Assembly: GCF_006345805.1 (NCBI RefSeq)
Contig: NC_042997.1
Location: forward strand, 172,980,001 to 173,044,000
Direction of reading: 5' to 3'
From: Octopus sinensis
Lineage: Eukaryota
Length of the DNA: 64,000 nt
Below are positions 24,100 to 37,854 of this stretch, piece after piece. The translations under genes were made by a program, and so were the position numbers. The stretch's first letter is position 1; each line of letters starts with the position of its first letter. The notes under the pieces were generated by a model. It was given only the letters and a program-made list of their open reading frames with translations. It did no database searches and had not been told where the DNA came from.

Positions 24100-24455
24100 A
24101 CATTCTTTTATTCTTTTACTTGTTTCACTCATTTTGACTGCGGCCATGCTGGAGCACCACCTTTAGTTGAGCAAATCGACCCCAGGACTTATCCTTTGTA
24201 AGCCTAGTACTTATTCTATTGGTCTTTTTTGCCAAACCGCTAAGTTACAGGGACGTGAATGCACCAGCATTGGTTGTCAAGCGATGATGGGGTGGGGGAA
24301 CAAACACAGACACACACACATATACACGACAGGCTTCTTACAGTTTCCATCTACCAAATCCACTTACAAGGCTTTGATCGGTTCGAGGCTATAGTAGACA
24401 CTTGCTGAAGGTGCAACACAGTGGAACTAAATCCGGAACCATGTGGTTGGTAAGC
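24100..24455 (-). mobile_element. Full-length SINE family B with tail type 1 and (AAAGAAT) end
   Basis: Begins cattcttttattcttttacttgtttc and runs to ggaaccatgtggttggtaagc. It is inverted relative to the adjacent copy at 23910. Confidence 0.85.
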
Positions 24456-25349
24456 ATTTTAAACATTGTCTAAGCATTTTAAATATAGCAAAGTGTACGC
24501 TCCTCCAGATCTGAACACAGCTGACGTTTTACTAAAGAGAGAAAAGATTGAACCACAGTACGGAACTGGTATTTTATTTATCAACACTGAAATAATGAAA
24601 AGCAAAGTCAATGTTGGTGGGATTTTCAACTCCTATCACAAAGAACCAAAAGGAATACCACAAGGCATTTTACCCAATGTCAGCTTCTTGAGAATTATCC
24701 CATATAAGATTAATTTGTACGGAAAGATATTAGTGATCAGACAGTCTACTCTTGAAGAGGAATAAAAATTATAATGAACCCTTAAACATGTTTAAGTCAT
24801 CATAAAATTTATCTTGAAGACATAACTAATATATATTTTTTTTTCCTCCAGCCGCACAAACAATTAATTGGAAGATAATATATGAACCTACACACTATGC
24901 TTTTTCCATCTTCCCTATCCTTTCCCTATTTCACCCTTCAAGTAACAACGAAATTAAAATCGCGAGCACAACATCAAAATAAAGTCATAAGCAAATATTT
25001 TATTCCAAGAACAAAATGAAACAAAAAAAAAACCATATGTCAACATGATGATATGATTAATCTTTCATTCTATTTAATTCCAAACAGTAAAAACTTGTTT
25101 TCTACAAAGCAATGATCCAGTAATTTCAGTCGCTGCAGTTAGCATTTAAGATGCTTAAGCAGAGCCGGAGGTGTGAGTTTCCATTCTGTTGCAATACCAT
25201 TAAGTTTCTCCAATACGATGATGGTGGTGGTGGTGGTAATGATAACCAGAATGAAAACAATGTCAGTGATTTTGATAACAATAATTTTTATAATTCTTTC
25301 TAATTTTGGCACAAGACCAGCAATTTTTAGGGAAAGGGGTAAATCATTT

Positions 25350-25510
25350 ACAATATTTGGCTGGTGCTTTTGCTTTATTTTACTGACACTGAGAGGATGG
25401 TAGGAAAAGTTAGCCTCTGTGATATTTGAACTCAGAACACAAAGCCAAAAGAAATGCTGCTAAGCATTTTGTCTAGCATATTAATGCTTCTGCCAACTTG
25501 CTGCCCGTGG
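25350..25510 (-). mobile_element. SINE family A, degenerate
   Basis: atttgaactcagaacac...ctaagcattttgtctagc...tctgccaacttgctgcc. Confidence 0.65.
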
Positions 25511-25759
25511 CTCTAATAAAATGACGATTCTAATAATAAAAGTTGATTGTTTAAAACTAAGCATCTTGAGTTTTTCATCTAAGAGCAACCATAAACAGAA
25601 TAGCCAAAGGGCCGGAGTAACCACTTCTTGAAAAACCTAAAACCAAATAACACAGAAACTGTAAGAGTGCATTTTATTTTTTGAGATGTTTTTCTTGATT
25701 TCTTTACACAGGTACATGGATGAAAGGGTGGAGGAACTCACAAGAACCAATAATGTGTG

Positions 25760-25915
25760 AAGGCATGTGGCCTAATGGTTATAATGTTGCACTCATGGTT
25801 TTACATGCAAGACCATGGTTTCAATTTTCTAACAAGCTGTGCATTGTGTTCTTGAGCAAGACACTCCACTTCACATCACTTCAGTCCACTCAGCTGTAAA
25901 TAGGTAACCTTGTGA
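25760..25915 (+). mobile_element. Old tRNA-headed SINE with CORE-like segment
   Basis: ggcatgtggcctaatggtta...ttgtgttcttgagcaagacactccac...cagtccactcagctgtaaataggtaacc. Confidence 0.55.
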
Positions 25916-27925
25916 TGACTCGCATGCAAGTGTGAGGTGGTGAGTTGGGAAAATTACTGAAATGGAGGTCTCGCATTCAGCGATTGAAAGGATGAATAGT
26001 GTAACCTGTGCCATCAATCGTGACTGGTTGGGATTGGTTGTTCAATCACATGAAAGGATGAATGAATGATGACAAGGACAAAAATTAGGGGATAAAGGAA
26101 CAGTAGGTTATATATAACTCCAGAATTTGGTTAACATTTGTTTTATGGACCTTGGAAGGATGAAGAGCAAAGTAGGATGAGGTGCAATTTGAACTCAGAA
26201 ATTAAAGGGTTCATCACTAAATATTGCAAGGCACTTAACTCAGTAATACAAGCCATTCTACAATGAATCAATTAAACACAAAAATTGTTGTCAAAGAAGC
26301 TGATCCAAGAACAGTTCAAAGCTTTATCTCAAGACAAAATAACAGCAACTGGAATATTTAAAATAACAATAATAAGCTTTAGTGGTTTTGTATCGCAATC
26401 TTACACTTGTACTCTTCCACAACTGCCTCTTGACCAAAACAATATCCTGACATTACAATGGTATATTAACATTGTTACTGTACACTGACATAACAAACCT
26501 GTATAAATGCACAACAATATACCAACATCACAACAGTGCACTGGCATTATATTAAAATCCATAACTTTATACAGACGCAGTAAATGTACCTGATGTCAAA
26601 ATAGTATATTGGCAACAACAATTAAAAATTATCTCAAAAAAACCCAGCACATAATACTTGGACTAACAAGTTACATTATATAACACTGTAGATAGTTATA
26701 TAACAAAACTAACAGTTGTTACACAATCATACAAAACAATACCAATGCAATTAGCTAACAAAATGCTAACATGAGCTCAGATAACTAATAATAAAACAAA
26801 ATTTATATTTGGTTATATTAGATAGAAAAACACATTGTAAGACCTTACCCTCATAACCAAAATATATTTCAACCATCTAAACATAATTTTCCACACACAC
26901 ACGCACAAAGAGTGACAAAGAGTAAAACAAAAACAGCAGAGAGAGGGCAGAGAAACTGCCAACAGTGTGTACACAATAATTTGTATTATGCTTAGAAGCA
27001 ACGCATGCTTGACTGTATTATATGTGTGTGTGTGTGTGTCTGTATGAGTTTGTGACCACGGATACACTGAAAGTGAGCAGTAAAGGCATTATACATACCA
27101 CAAGCACTCACAAATGTAAGGATGACTGCATTTTAATATGTGTGTATATACTCCTGATATATATGAATAGCTGTTACTATAGGCCTCAATAGTCTTATAT
27201 GCATGCATATATGTACCATTATTACCCAGTTACACATGTTAGGCTTCACATGCTTCATGTTACAGTTTGTGTGTGTGTGCACAGGAGTTCAGACACACAT
27301 ATATGCACACGCACACGCACACACACTCATGCACATTAAATGATTGGTTGCACATGAGTGTATCTATATATACAGAACTGCATGCACTTGTGCATCAACA
27401 TGCCATCAACATCATTGAAAGTCTGCCAGATTATGCACAAAGTGAGTGTGAGAGTGCTGTGTGTGTGTGAGTGTGCGTGTATGTGGCTGCGTGTGCACAT
27501 GAGGATCCTGTCTATATTTACATATGCACATATATATATGCATACATGTGTGTGGGGGAAGAGGTAGGACAGATATACTAATGTGCGCAAAATGCAAGAT
27601 GCATGAATTTGAAACAATACAGAAGAAATTGAAGATATTACTGTACTCTACAATACAGAGGAATTCCAAAGAGGAATTGGCTTTTGTTTACCAAGTTTTT
27701 ATGTCCCAAGTGGCATATAACATTCTCTTATGTGAATACTTACTGATTCACATATGTGTGGTGATGGCCTTTTAAGTAGAGCAATTTCCTTTCCACTGTT
27801 TCTTATACTCCTAATCATTTATACATACAAACTTGTATATGTATATGCACATATCTGAAGATGTATATGCATGCACACACACACACACACACAGATATAT
27901 AAAAATAGATAGACATCATACGCAT

Positions 27926-27959
<34 letters not shown>

Positions 27960-28300
27960 TAGTGCATGTGTATAACTGTGATTAAGAAGGTTGCTTTGCA
28001 ATCACATGGTTTCAGATTCAGACCCACAATTGTCTAAGGTCACTCAAAGACTTGTGAGTGGTCTTGGAAGTTGGAAACTGAAAGAAGCCCATCATGTCTG
28101 TGTGTGTGTGTTTGTATCTTCTTGTCTAGACATCTTGTGATAATTGTAAATGACTGTCACTGTCATTCATTTTCGATATTAAATGAAATCATGCCTGACC
28201 ATGTGGACATATTACTTTGCTTAGAAACATAATAAACAATCTGCCTCAATAAATTCTATCCAACCCATGCAAGCATGGGAAAGTGCAGGTTATGGTGATG
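27960..28300 (+). mobile_element. SINE family B with tail type 2
   Basis: Head fragment plus gaaactgaaagaagcccatc, (TG)n, and cttgtctagacatcttgtgataattgtaaatg...caacccatgcaagcatggga. Confidence 0.7.
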
Positions 28301-28339
28301 ATATGCATAACATAGATTCATAATATCATTTATGTATCG

Positions 28340-28500
28340 TAGTTAGCACCCAGTACACTCTGTAAAGTGTTTGGTATTAGGAGAGGCACCCAGCTGTAGC
28401 ATGCCAAACCAAAGATGACACTGGAGCACAACACAGCACTGCAGCTTTGTCAAACCATCCTACTTGTGATAGTGGAAGTTAAATGATGATGATGATGTAT
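28340..28500 (+). mobile_element. Family C, degenerate
   Basis: cacccagtacactctgtaaagtgtttggtattaggagaggcacccagctgtag...gttaaatgatgatgatg. Confidence 0.6.
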
Positions 28501-28651
28501 ATATATTATACATATATATGTTTAAAAAAATCAGATAAGTAAAACTTTATGCAAAGCGGAAACAAAGTATACCATACAGAGTCAGATAGGCAAATGCAGG
28601 TTTTCTGAAAAATGTAGAAGTAAAAAGTGGAAAAGCCACAAGGAAGCTAAA

Positions 28652-28872
28652 CCCTTTAGCATTCAGATTATTCTATTAAATGTTCTTCTTATTTATTCAC
28701 ATTGTTTTGAATTAATCTTGCATTATCTCATAGCTGCAAGATTTCAATGATGTGATTATTTTTTAAATGACATTGTAGGGTTGGTCCGAGAGGCTAGATA
28801 TGGCCAACTTTAAACATAAAACAGGTTGAATATTTGAGCTGGATATGGTTGGTTTAAATATTGAATGGTTAA
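28652..28872. mobile_element. piggyBac-like MITE, family P2
   Basis: Left end aaccctttagcatt and degenerate right end aatattgaatggttaa. The body is the reverse complement of 60362-60600. Confidence 0.65.
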
Positions 28873-29096
28873 TACATTGAAGGAGGAAGCAGCAAAAAAT
28901 CTATTGTTTTGGAAGAGATACTTTATCAAAGAGAAAACAATGCATGATACCACAATATAAAAAAAAGGGATGATACATGTGACCTCTGGATTTTTACAAT
29001 AGGTAAACTGTATTCCTATATGTTGTAGGAAGGTAACAAAAAACCTGAGGCGTAATGTCCAACCCATACTAGCATGCAATGAGGATGTAAAAATAA

Positions 29097-29134
<38 letters not shown>

Positions 29135-29695
29135 TTATAAACATACACATGATATACATTTAAATATACCTGCAAGCATATATACATACATATACACATG
29201 TATGTATTAAAGTTTTATATTTACAGCTTTATTTTCGAAGTCGAGGGAAAGAGGGGTGTCTTTATTATTCCAATTCTGCATATTACTTAAGATTTAGCAC
29301 TAATTTCTCTTCTTTATTTTGTTTGTTTTGTTTCTGTATTCTTCATTTTCTTTTAACTTGTCTTTTTACTTATCTTTACTTATATCCTTCCCTCCATATT
29401 TGATGTTCTTGTATTGAAGAATCTCACTATACTGTAATATTTATTGGCATGCCACAGACACATGGAGCCATTATTTCTTATGTTGCAGACATGGTACTTA
29501 CAAAGTCTTTCGCCAGAGAGCAAGAGATGGGAAAACATGAAAACAAAGCTATAGATATACAAACAATGACAAAAGCAGCAGTAGCACTAACAAATATATA
29601 TATTTTATATTTATTTTCAATATATATATATATATATACACACGTATATATACACACATATATACATACATATACATATATATATATGTGTGTGC

Positions 29696-29734
<39 letters not shown>

Positions 29735-30112
29735 ACATATTTATATATATGTTAGATATCTTATATACATTACATATGATATATGTACATTACACTTATC
29801 TAATGCAATTTTTTTTTCTGAATTAAATACATGTTTAAAATTTATTTTTGTTTACTTGTTAAAACATTATCAGTTTTGTTATATCATTTTTTTAAAGATT
29901 AAAACAGTAAGTGGTGAATTTTAATAAGTGTGAGTAGGTTTGATAATTTATCAAGTTTACTAAAATCTAATATTTTTACAAGAATTAATGGCAGAGATGT
30001 TATATAGTCTGAGTTTTATATTTGAATTGGCTAAGTGTTACTGACTCATAAGCACATACTTTGGACTAAAATGAATAAAATGCAGGAATAATTATATTAG
30101 GATGAAATGTTA

Positions 30113-30152
<40 letters not shown>

Positions 30153-30204
30153 AATAAATGCGCATATACATGTACACACGTACATAAATTTATACATATA
30201 ATAG

Positions 30205-30525
30205 ATGCAAGGTGGCTAACAAGCTTGCTTCCCAGCCATATGGTTCTGGGTTCAGTCCTATCTTGAGCAGGTGTTTTTTAACTATAGCCTTCAGCCAACC
30301 AAATCCTTGTGAGTGAATTTGGTAAGACAGGAACTGAAAGAAAACCGACGCATACATGGGTTGGTGGTGCGTGTGTACACATGTATATTTATTTCTGTAT
30401 GCATGCGTTTGTGCTCTTGCCTTGACCTTATGTGATGATTGTAAATGCGAATCACCACCATACAAATGATGATGTTAGATTCCAGTCTTCTATGTCTGGC
30501 CATGGGGAAATATTACCTAGCTTGG
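30205..30525 (+). mobile_element. SINE family B with tail type 2
   Basis: gcttgcttcccagccatatggttctgggttcagtcc...ccttgtgagtgaatttggtaagacaggaactgaaag...tctggccatggggaaatattacctagcttggaaac. Confidence 0.75.
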
Positions 30526-31249
30526 AAACAGATATTGCTCAGCTGATTAAACAGACTGACTGCAAGAAAAGCAACAACCAACCACAGAAAATGTACCCCA
30601 ACAAATTTAGTACAATTTGTGCAAACATGGAAAAACAATACATTAAGGAATACTGTTGATGATGGTATTCTCTATAATGCCTGCATCCATGTCTGTGCAT
30701 GAGTACATATGCACCCAGATGCATACACACAACATTAGACAGAAACAGAGTGATTGCAACTGCCAGATAAATTATTATTACTCAAACTGCTGAGCCATTT
30801 CCTTAGCCACAACGATGCTGTATTCAGGTCTAATAAAATACTCAAAAGTCTGCACAATCACTGATTTCTTTTCAGTGTATGCTGCTGGCTGGGTTTTTCT
30901 ATATAAAAACACTAACTTTAAATAAATATACACATAAACAAAATAAGTTTCTGTTGCTTTCAATGATGAATATTCAATTGTTTAATCAGCTGAGCAATGT
31001 GCCCACTGAATTAGCACGCAAGAGATAGAACACAGACAAATGTAACCTTAATTCTTAGATACAATTGGTGCGATGCAGAGTGACAAAGTAAGCCATTAAA
31101 GCACAATCTGACAAGCTTTCACTCACTTCCTGTCTCTCCAATTTCACTGACAAGGGTTCAAGTTAGACAAAAGGAACTTGGTGAAGTTACCATGCAAGAA
31201 AATCTAATTCTGAACTGTGTGATTGTGAAAGTCACATACATATACATAG

Positions 31250-31810
31250 GCAAATGTGTGGCTGTGTGACACCTTGAGCAAGTGTCCTCATCTATAGTCC
31301 CAGGCCGACAAAAGCCTTGCAAGCGAATTTGGTAGGGAGAAACTGAAAGAAGGCAGCAAGCAGGCAGAAATGTTATCACACTGGGCAAAATGCTTAGCAG
31401 TATTTTGTCTGCTGTTACGTTCTGAGTTCAAATTCTGCCGAGGTTGACTTCGCCTTTCATCCTTTTGAGGTCGATAAATTGAGTACCAGTTACGCACTGG
31501 GGTCGATGTAATCGACTTAATCTCCTTGTCTGTCCCCTGATGTTTAGCCCCTCATGGGCAATAAAGAAATAAGAAACTGAAAGAAGCCTTTTGTGTGAGT
31601 GTGTGCTTGTCTTGATATTGCATGATAGTTGTAAACGATTGTCACTGTCATATAAGCAGTGTCATTTATTTCCAGTATTCTATGAGAACCTGTCTGGGCA
31701 TAGGAAAACTATTACCTTGCTTGAAAACTTCTGCGTGGGAGTTGGTGATAGGAAGGGCATTAGTCTGACCCAAGACAGCATGGAAAGGACGACGTTAAAA
31801 TGATGATGGT
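31250..31810 (+). mobile_element. SINE family B (tail type 2) interrupted by a nested family A insertion at 31353-31572
   Basis: A 14-bp TSD gaaactgaaagaag at 31339-31352 and 31573-31586 splits the family B body. Confidence 0.85.
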
Positions 31811-32584
31811 GTATGGTATGTGAGTGTATGTCTTAACAAGTCATAAGACATTTTGGATAATTGAATCCTGGATACAGTACGGCTTAGAAAAGACATAAGG
31901 AGCTAGGAACATCATGTGGAAAGGTCAGTAAGAGAGAAAAATAGGCAGGCAAAAAGTGATACAGCATAAAACTGGAAAGAAGTGAGTACAAGTTGAAAAT
32001 ACAATAGCTGCCATAAGTGTTAAATGCTTATCATTGTAATCCAGTAAATCGACACACATCCATATGTATTAACATGCACGATCATTTAAATTAATATGCC
32101 TAACTGCAATGAAAGAAGCATCACAATCAAAGATACAGAGCGGAAGTGATTAACAGCATTTTGTCAGCTGAACTAAAGCTAATGATTGATTCATTGTGAA
32201 GGAGGCTGGCAGACTGACTGATCTTAAAACATTTCTATTCAATAATTGTCCTTGTTGACAGAAATGAAGTTGCAAAAGACCAATAGTGAGCTGTATTTAC
32301 AAAAATCTATGAACAATCATTATCAGAATCTTTTTATCTTTGTTCTCATAACAGCACAGAGGAGTATAGAGACATACATACACACACACACACACTCTTT
32401 CTTTCTTTCTCTCTCTTTCACACACACACACACACACACTCACAAGGGAATATATATATACACAAGTGAATAATTAAGACTTGATGCCTGTTATGCTAGA
32501 AATACCAATAGAAATTTCTCAAATATGCTCAACTGCTGTGAGAAAAAAAATGGACAGACCCAGTTGACATGCCTTTGATAGTAA

Positions 32585-32855
32585 GATCTAACCAGTCAGA
32601 GAGAAACTGAAAGAAGCCTGTCGTATATATGTATGTGTGTATCTGTGTTTGTCCACTCCCCAACATCGCTTGACAACCGATGCTTGTTGTGTTTGGGTCC
32701 CCATAACTTAGCAGTTTGGCAAAAGAGACCGATAGAATAAGTACTAGGCTTACAAAGACTAAGTCCTGGGGTCGATTTGATTCGACTAAAGGCGATGCTC
32801 CAGCATGGCTGTAGTCAAATGACTAAAACAAATAAAAGAATAAAAGAATATATAC
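32585..32855 (+). mobile_element. SINE family B 3' half with tail type 1
   Basis: gaaactgaaagaagcctgtcg...catcgcttgacaaccgatgc...gctccagcatggctgtagtcaaatgactaaaacaaataaaagaataaaagaat. Confidence 0.85.
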
Positions 32856-33758
32856 TTTAACTACATAATATTTTACATTGGGTGCTTTTCCTTTAACATA
32901 TGTAATGTGCTTAATCTCTGTTACACAGGGCTAGCTGATTGCAAAACAATCACCAAACAAGACAAAATCACACAGATTTACCAAACTATCTTGCTCATGC
33001 TATCGTTGCAGAATGGATGTATGGGTGTGCATGCACGCACTTATGAACATTCATACACATGTAAATACATGTACAAAGAAAATAACCAGCATTCCAAACT
33101 GAAAGACAAAACCGTTTTCGAGTATCAAAAATTACTGGGAACATAATGTTCAGATACCGTATGAAAATAGCTCTGTAGTAATAGTTGTAGTAGAGCATGA
33201 GAGATAGGGAAGCTTCAAGAAGATCAAAGACATCCGAGAACGGGAATCAATCAATGAAGTTGTTTAGGTGTTGCTGGAACATGTATGGTGTCCGTTTACA
33301 GTCTGTGATGATGAAATGTTGATATAGTTTTGCATGATATAAAATCCAATAGCTGACAACAAATAAATGCATATAAATAGATAGTTTTTTTAGAAAATTT
33401 TTTTTCTTTCTTTTCTTTTCTTTTCTTTATTTATTTATTTTGTTAATCTGCAAACACAGATACAAGCAGTCACGGTGTTTCTGAATAAGTCTGCTACAGC
33501 ACGCGCATTAAATTAGAATAGGGTAATGTACCAGTAAACCATTGATCCACATTGGTTTTGTAATAGCAACAAAAATAGTAGAATTAACTAGATACACAAA
33601 ATATGAAAAATATATCTGGGAACATGAAGGTGCCTCAAAAGAGACACATGTTAGCTCTAGGTTTCATGCTAGTCGCAGCTAATACATAAACCTCCATCTA
33701 CCTGGATAAGATGACCATCTATTTGCAGTTGAGATTCAGCCACTACCTTTGACATATG

Positions 33759-33894
33759 TGAATCAAGAGAGAACCTCTACATTGGTTGTATGACATCCTA
33801 CCCTGATGTAATCTACAGGGATACAGTGAATCAAGAGAGAACCTCTACATTGGTTGTATGACATCCTAACCTGATATAATCTTCAGGGATACAG
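33759..33894. repeat. Tandem duplication, 2 x 68 bp
   Basis: tgaatcaagagagaacctctacattggttgtatgacatccta...cagggatacag starts at 33759 and again at 33827. Confidence 0.9.
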
Positions 33895-34007
33895 GCATCC
33901 AGCAACAGGACCTCTGTAATGCCATGATGGACCGTGAAGTCTGGCGTAGCATGGTAAATTCCATTGTCTCGACCACGGTCGAACAATGATGATGGTGATG
34001 ATGATGA
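33864..34007 (+). mobile_element. RTE-clade LINE 3' fragment with (TGA)n tail
   Basis: Encodes ...RDTGIQQQDLCNAMMDREVWRSMVNSIVSTTVEQ*, then tgatgatggtgatgatgatga. Confidence 0.7.
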
Positions 34008-35949
34008 CATGCTAAGAAATAGCATATCAAGTAGTACTGTATTAGAAAAAGAGATACATGAGGTAACATAGAGCTAGATTACACTGTCTGAAAAAAGGAA
34101 AATAACAGATCACCACAAAGCTTTTCATAAAGGTTGACCCGGGTCTATCCACCATCAGCTATAATACCTGGGTAACTAGAGTGTAGAGCAGAATACATAT
34201 AACCACTAACTTGCACATGATTTGAACCATGACCTGAACATCTATCCAATAGTACCTCATCAGCTAGACCACTTCACTTCTGGTGAGGCTATCAATGAAT
34301 AAATGAAGCTAGACAATAAAAAGAAAAACAAAGCCAACAACAATGCTGATATCTTTGATTACCTTGAATGACAAATTAATTGATTGATTGTGAAATCTAA
34401 TATGTCACCGGCTGACAACTTGGCATTGTAAGTGGGATGACCAGAGCTATTTCTGCTTATTAAATGACTTACTAAGTGAGTTGCTTCCTGAATGAAACCT
34501 CTTATTAACAGTTAAGTTAAACAAGATGTTTGCTTAAGTGGGAGAAATGAATTTTGTTATTTTCTGACAAGGTTAAGAGGACAACTTTTTTTTGTTTTTT
34601 TTTTTAAATATGAGGGAGGATGGATAAATTAAGTCCACCATATTGCAACTAGTATTTAATGCTGTAGTGAAAAGAACCCTAAATCCAGAAATGAATGAAC
34701 TCCTCCAGAAGTATTTCAGTCAGAAAGTAGAGTTGGCTTGGTGGTTTGCAGCAGATGCTGATGTTACTGATGAAGACAATGACAATGATGATGATAATGA
34801 GGCAGAGACTGTATAAAAAATAATTGGTGCATTCTGCATGATAAAAATCATGAACATTAAAACCTTGCCTGTGTTCACAAATATACTTTGTGTATTGAAC
34901 AGGACAAGATTTCAACAGTAAGTCTGTTTTCTTCAGATTCAAATAAGACAACAAAAACTTCAAGTGAAAGATACACAGAAATGCAGAAATCAGAAAATTC
35001 AGCTGAACTATCCTGTATCCATTCCTAGACAAAAGGATGTCATCAAATTTCGCATGTCCAACTTGTTAAAACAAGAGGGGAGGGGGTATAAAAACTTTTG
35101 TATTAGTTAATGGAATTCTCCTGTTATTTTGTTCAACCTCTTTATCATGACCACACACAAGGCATAATGTTAGTAACTTACAAATATATTTGTCTTCATG
35201 TGTTCTGAGGGCTGAAAGTTCAGTGGAATCAGAATATATTTGGAGAATGTGTACATTTAACCTTTTGAACACAAAAAGCAGATAAATCTGCACAAAATTT
35301 TATTACCTTTAACTGTGCAAACTGGTTTTATCTCACAGTCTTGTAAAAAAAAAAAAAAAACCCTCTTCTTTTGCTGTGAGAACCAGAAACACCTCCAGTA
35401 ACACTTTTTACAAAAGTCAAATTTTAAATTTCTCTATTCATTAAAATTTTTTTTTCCACATATTCCAAATATCTCTTTACAGACAGATAATCAAATTCTT
35501 TTAGTAGTGGATATGAAAACCATACCGGTGGGGGATACCTAGAAAGTATTGCAGAAGCAGAAAATATCAATTCGGATTTTTTTGTTTTTTTTTTGGTATG
35601 TAATCAACATCATAACAGGTATGACTATGAAATTTAATTACACAAATGGTTAAGGTGCTCAAAGTTACATAGAGTTCACTTTTTCTCTTTAACCAGTTAT
35701 GAACAAGTGAAACTTAATGACATCTTTTTTTCTTTTTTCTTTTTTTTTTTTGCCTAGAGAGGAACACAAAATGGTCCAGTTAAATTTTTGAATTTCAGCA
35801 TTTTGTGTATTTTTTATTTTCAGTTATTGTTGTCTTATTTTCTAACTTGAAGACAACATATTGTTCTATTCAGTAAACAAAGTCAATCTGTATTTTTACA
35901 TATCACACTCTTACAACTATGTAATACTAAGAAAAATTGTTTCAAATTT

Positions 35950-36385
35950 GGAACAAGGCTAGCAATTTCAAGAGAGGGGATAAGTTGATTTCACTGTCTC
36001 CAATGCTCAACTGGTACTTATTATTTCATTGACCTCGAAAGGATGAAAGGCAAAGTCAACCTCAGTGGAATTTGAACTCAGAACACATAAATAGACAAAA
36101 TGCCACCCAGCCTGCTCTAAAGACGGACAAAATGTTGCCAAGCATTTAGTCTGGTGTGATAATGATTCTGGCACCTCACCCTCTTTTCAATTTAGACACA
36201 AGGCAAAAAATCTGGTGGGGAGCAAGGAGCTGATCATAATTACCCAGTGAGAGACTGGTTCTTTATTTTAACGATGGTAAAAGGACAAAAAGTAAAAATT
36301 GGCCATGGCAGAATTTGAACTCGGGACACAAAATACCACAAGGCATTTTGTCCAACACTCTAAAAGATTCTGCCAATCTAATAAA
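35950..36385 (-). mobile_element. Two degenerate SINE family A copies
   Basis: gaaaggatgaaaggcaaagtcaacctcagtggaatttgaactcag at ~36040 and ggcagaatttgaactcgg at ~36308. Confidence 0.75.
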
Positions 36386-37854
36386 ATGTTAATCTTATGT
36401 AGATAAATAACCAAAACATTGGTAATAGATTTAGTCGAAGCCAAGTATGGGTCTAAGATGGGACACATATTCTTCTGTGGTCAAGAGAGTGGAAAATGAA
36501 TGAAGAACCATGAAAAGAGAAGGAAGAGAACAAGTCCTTTGATATAATGAAAAAAAAAAGAAGAAATGCCATACCTTTCATGATAATGATCACATTTTTG
36601 TTTTTTTGTATGGTTTGTATTACTTCAGTTTTAAGACTCCACCACTTTGATCTGTGTATTTATTAACCGTTTCCAGCAGGAAACACCAATAGTCACCTAT
36701 CTGTTTCCAAGACCCCTTTTAACCTGACCACATGTACTACTATATGAATTGAACTCAGTGCATGCCTAACATACCATTCTAATAGCTTTCTGTTTGTTAT
36801 GCCATCAATCGTTTGCAACCATGGAAACCATCACTTTCACACACATGAGGAGGCTGGGGAGAAAGTGAGGTGGGGATGGAGAGAGAGAGGAAAGATGAAG
36901 ATGGAAGTTAGCTTGATCGATCTCTGTCAACTGACAAATAACTTATCGTAATAACATATCGAGTTATTTGCAGCACCTAAGTATTAAAGGACAGCGAGCA
37001 AATGAGAGCCTCAATGCAGTCATTAGGCCTGCAAGAAATAGTAACCATATTACCTGAAAATTACTTGGTAACCTTAGAATCACTTACTAACAACTAGAGA
37101 AAAAAAAAAAAAATGAAAAAATACATTGGACAAGTAGTCCAAAATATGCAATAACCAACAGAATGACATGATCAAAGCTGAAATACTTTTTATCATAGTA
37201 GGTTTCTCCAGTCAGGGAAGACTGATTAAATGACATAGAGGAAACATTTACATTCAGCTATGGTACATACAAACTGAAGATAACTAAAAACCTAACAAAA
37301 AAAAAAAAGTTAGGTGAGTTGACTCGAATACTAAATGAGTTCAAAATTTAAATTAGCATTTCTTCATTCTGTTTCATGAAACATCAGATTGAAAGGCTCA
37401 AAACAGTGCAGGTACAGTTAGCAGAAAATTTCTGAAAGAAGTTGGAATGAGAACCCTTGTTGTGAGTATTCCTTTGATATTACACATCAACCTCCCTCCA
37501 GTCACATCCTACCCTCTCTAAAATGAAGTCTTTCTTTCCCTGCATATAAGAAAATCAATGGGGTGGTCAAAGTTGGTATACTTTGATTATAGATCTGCTA
37601 AATTACAGATGATATTGGGTTAAACAATAACAAAGAATATGGGAACAATGTGTAAATTTGCAAAAAACATGGAGTCCACACAGAGCATGTGAAAATGGCT
37701 TAATTGACTGCATTGGAATTGGCCTACTCAGAAATCCAAAACAGCAAGTTGGTGACAGGAAGGGCATCCAACCATAGAAAATCTGCCTTGATAAACAAAT
37801 ATATATTTATAGAGAGAGAGTGGTGATGATGTATCCAGATAAATACATATGGAT

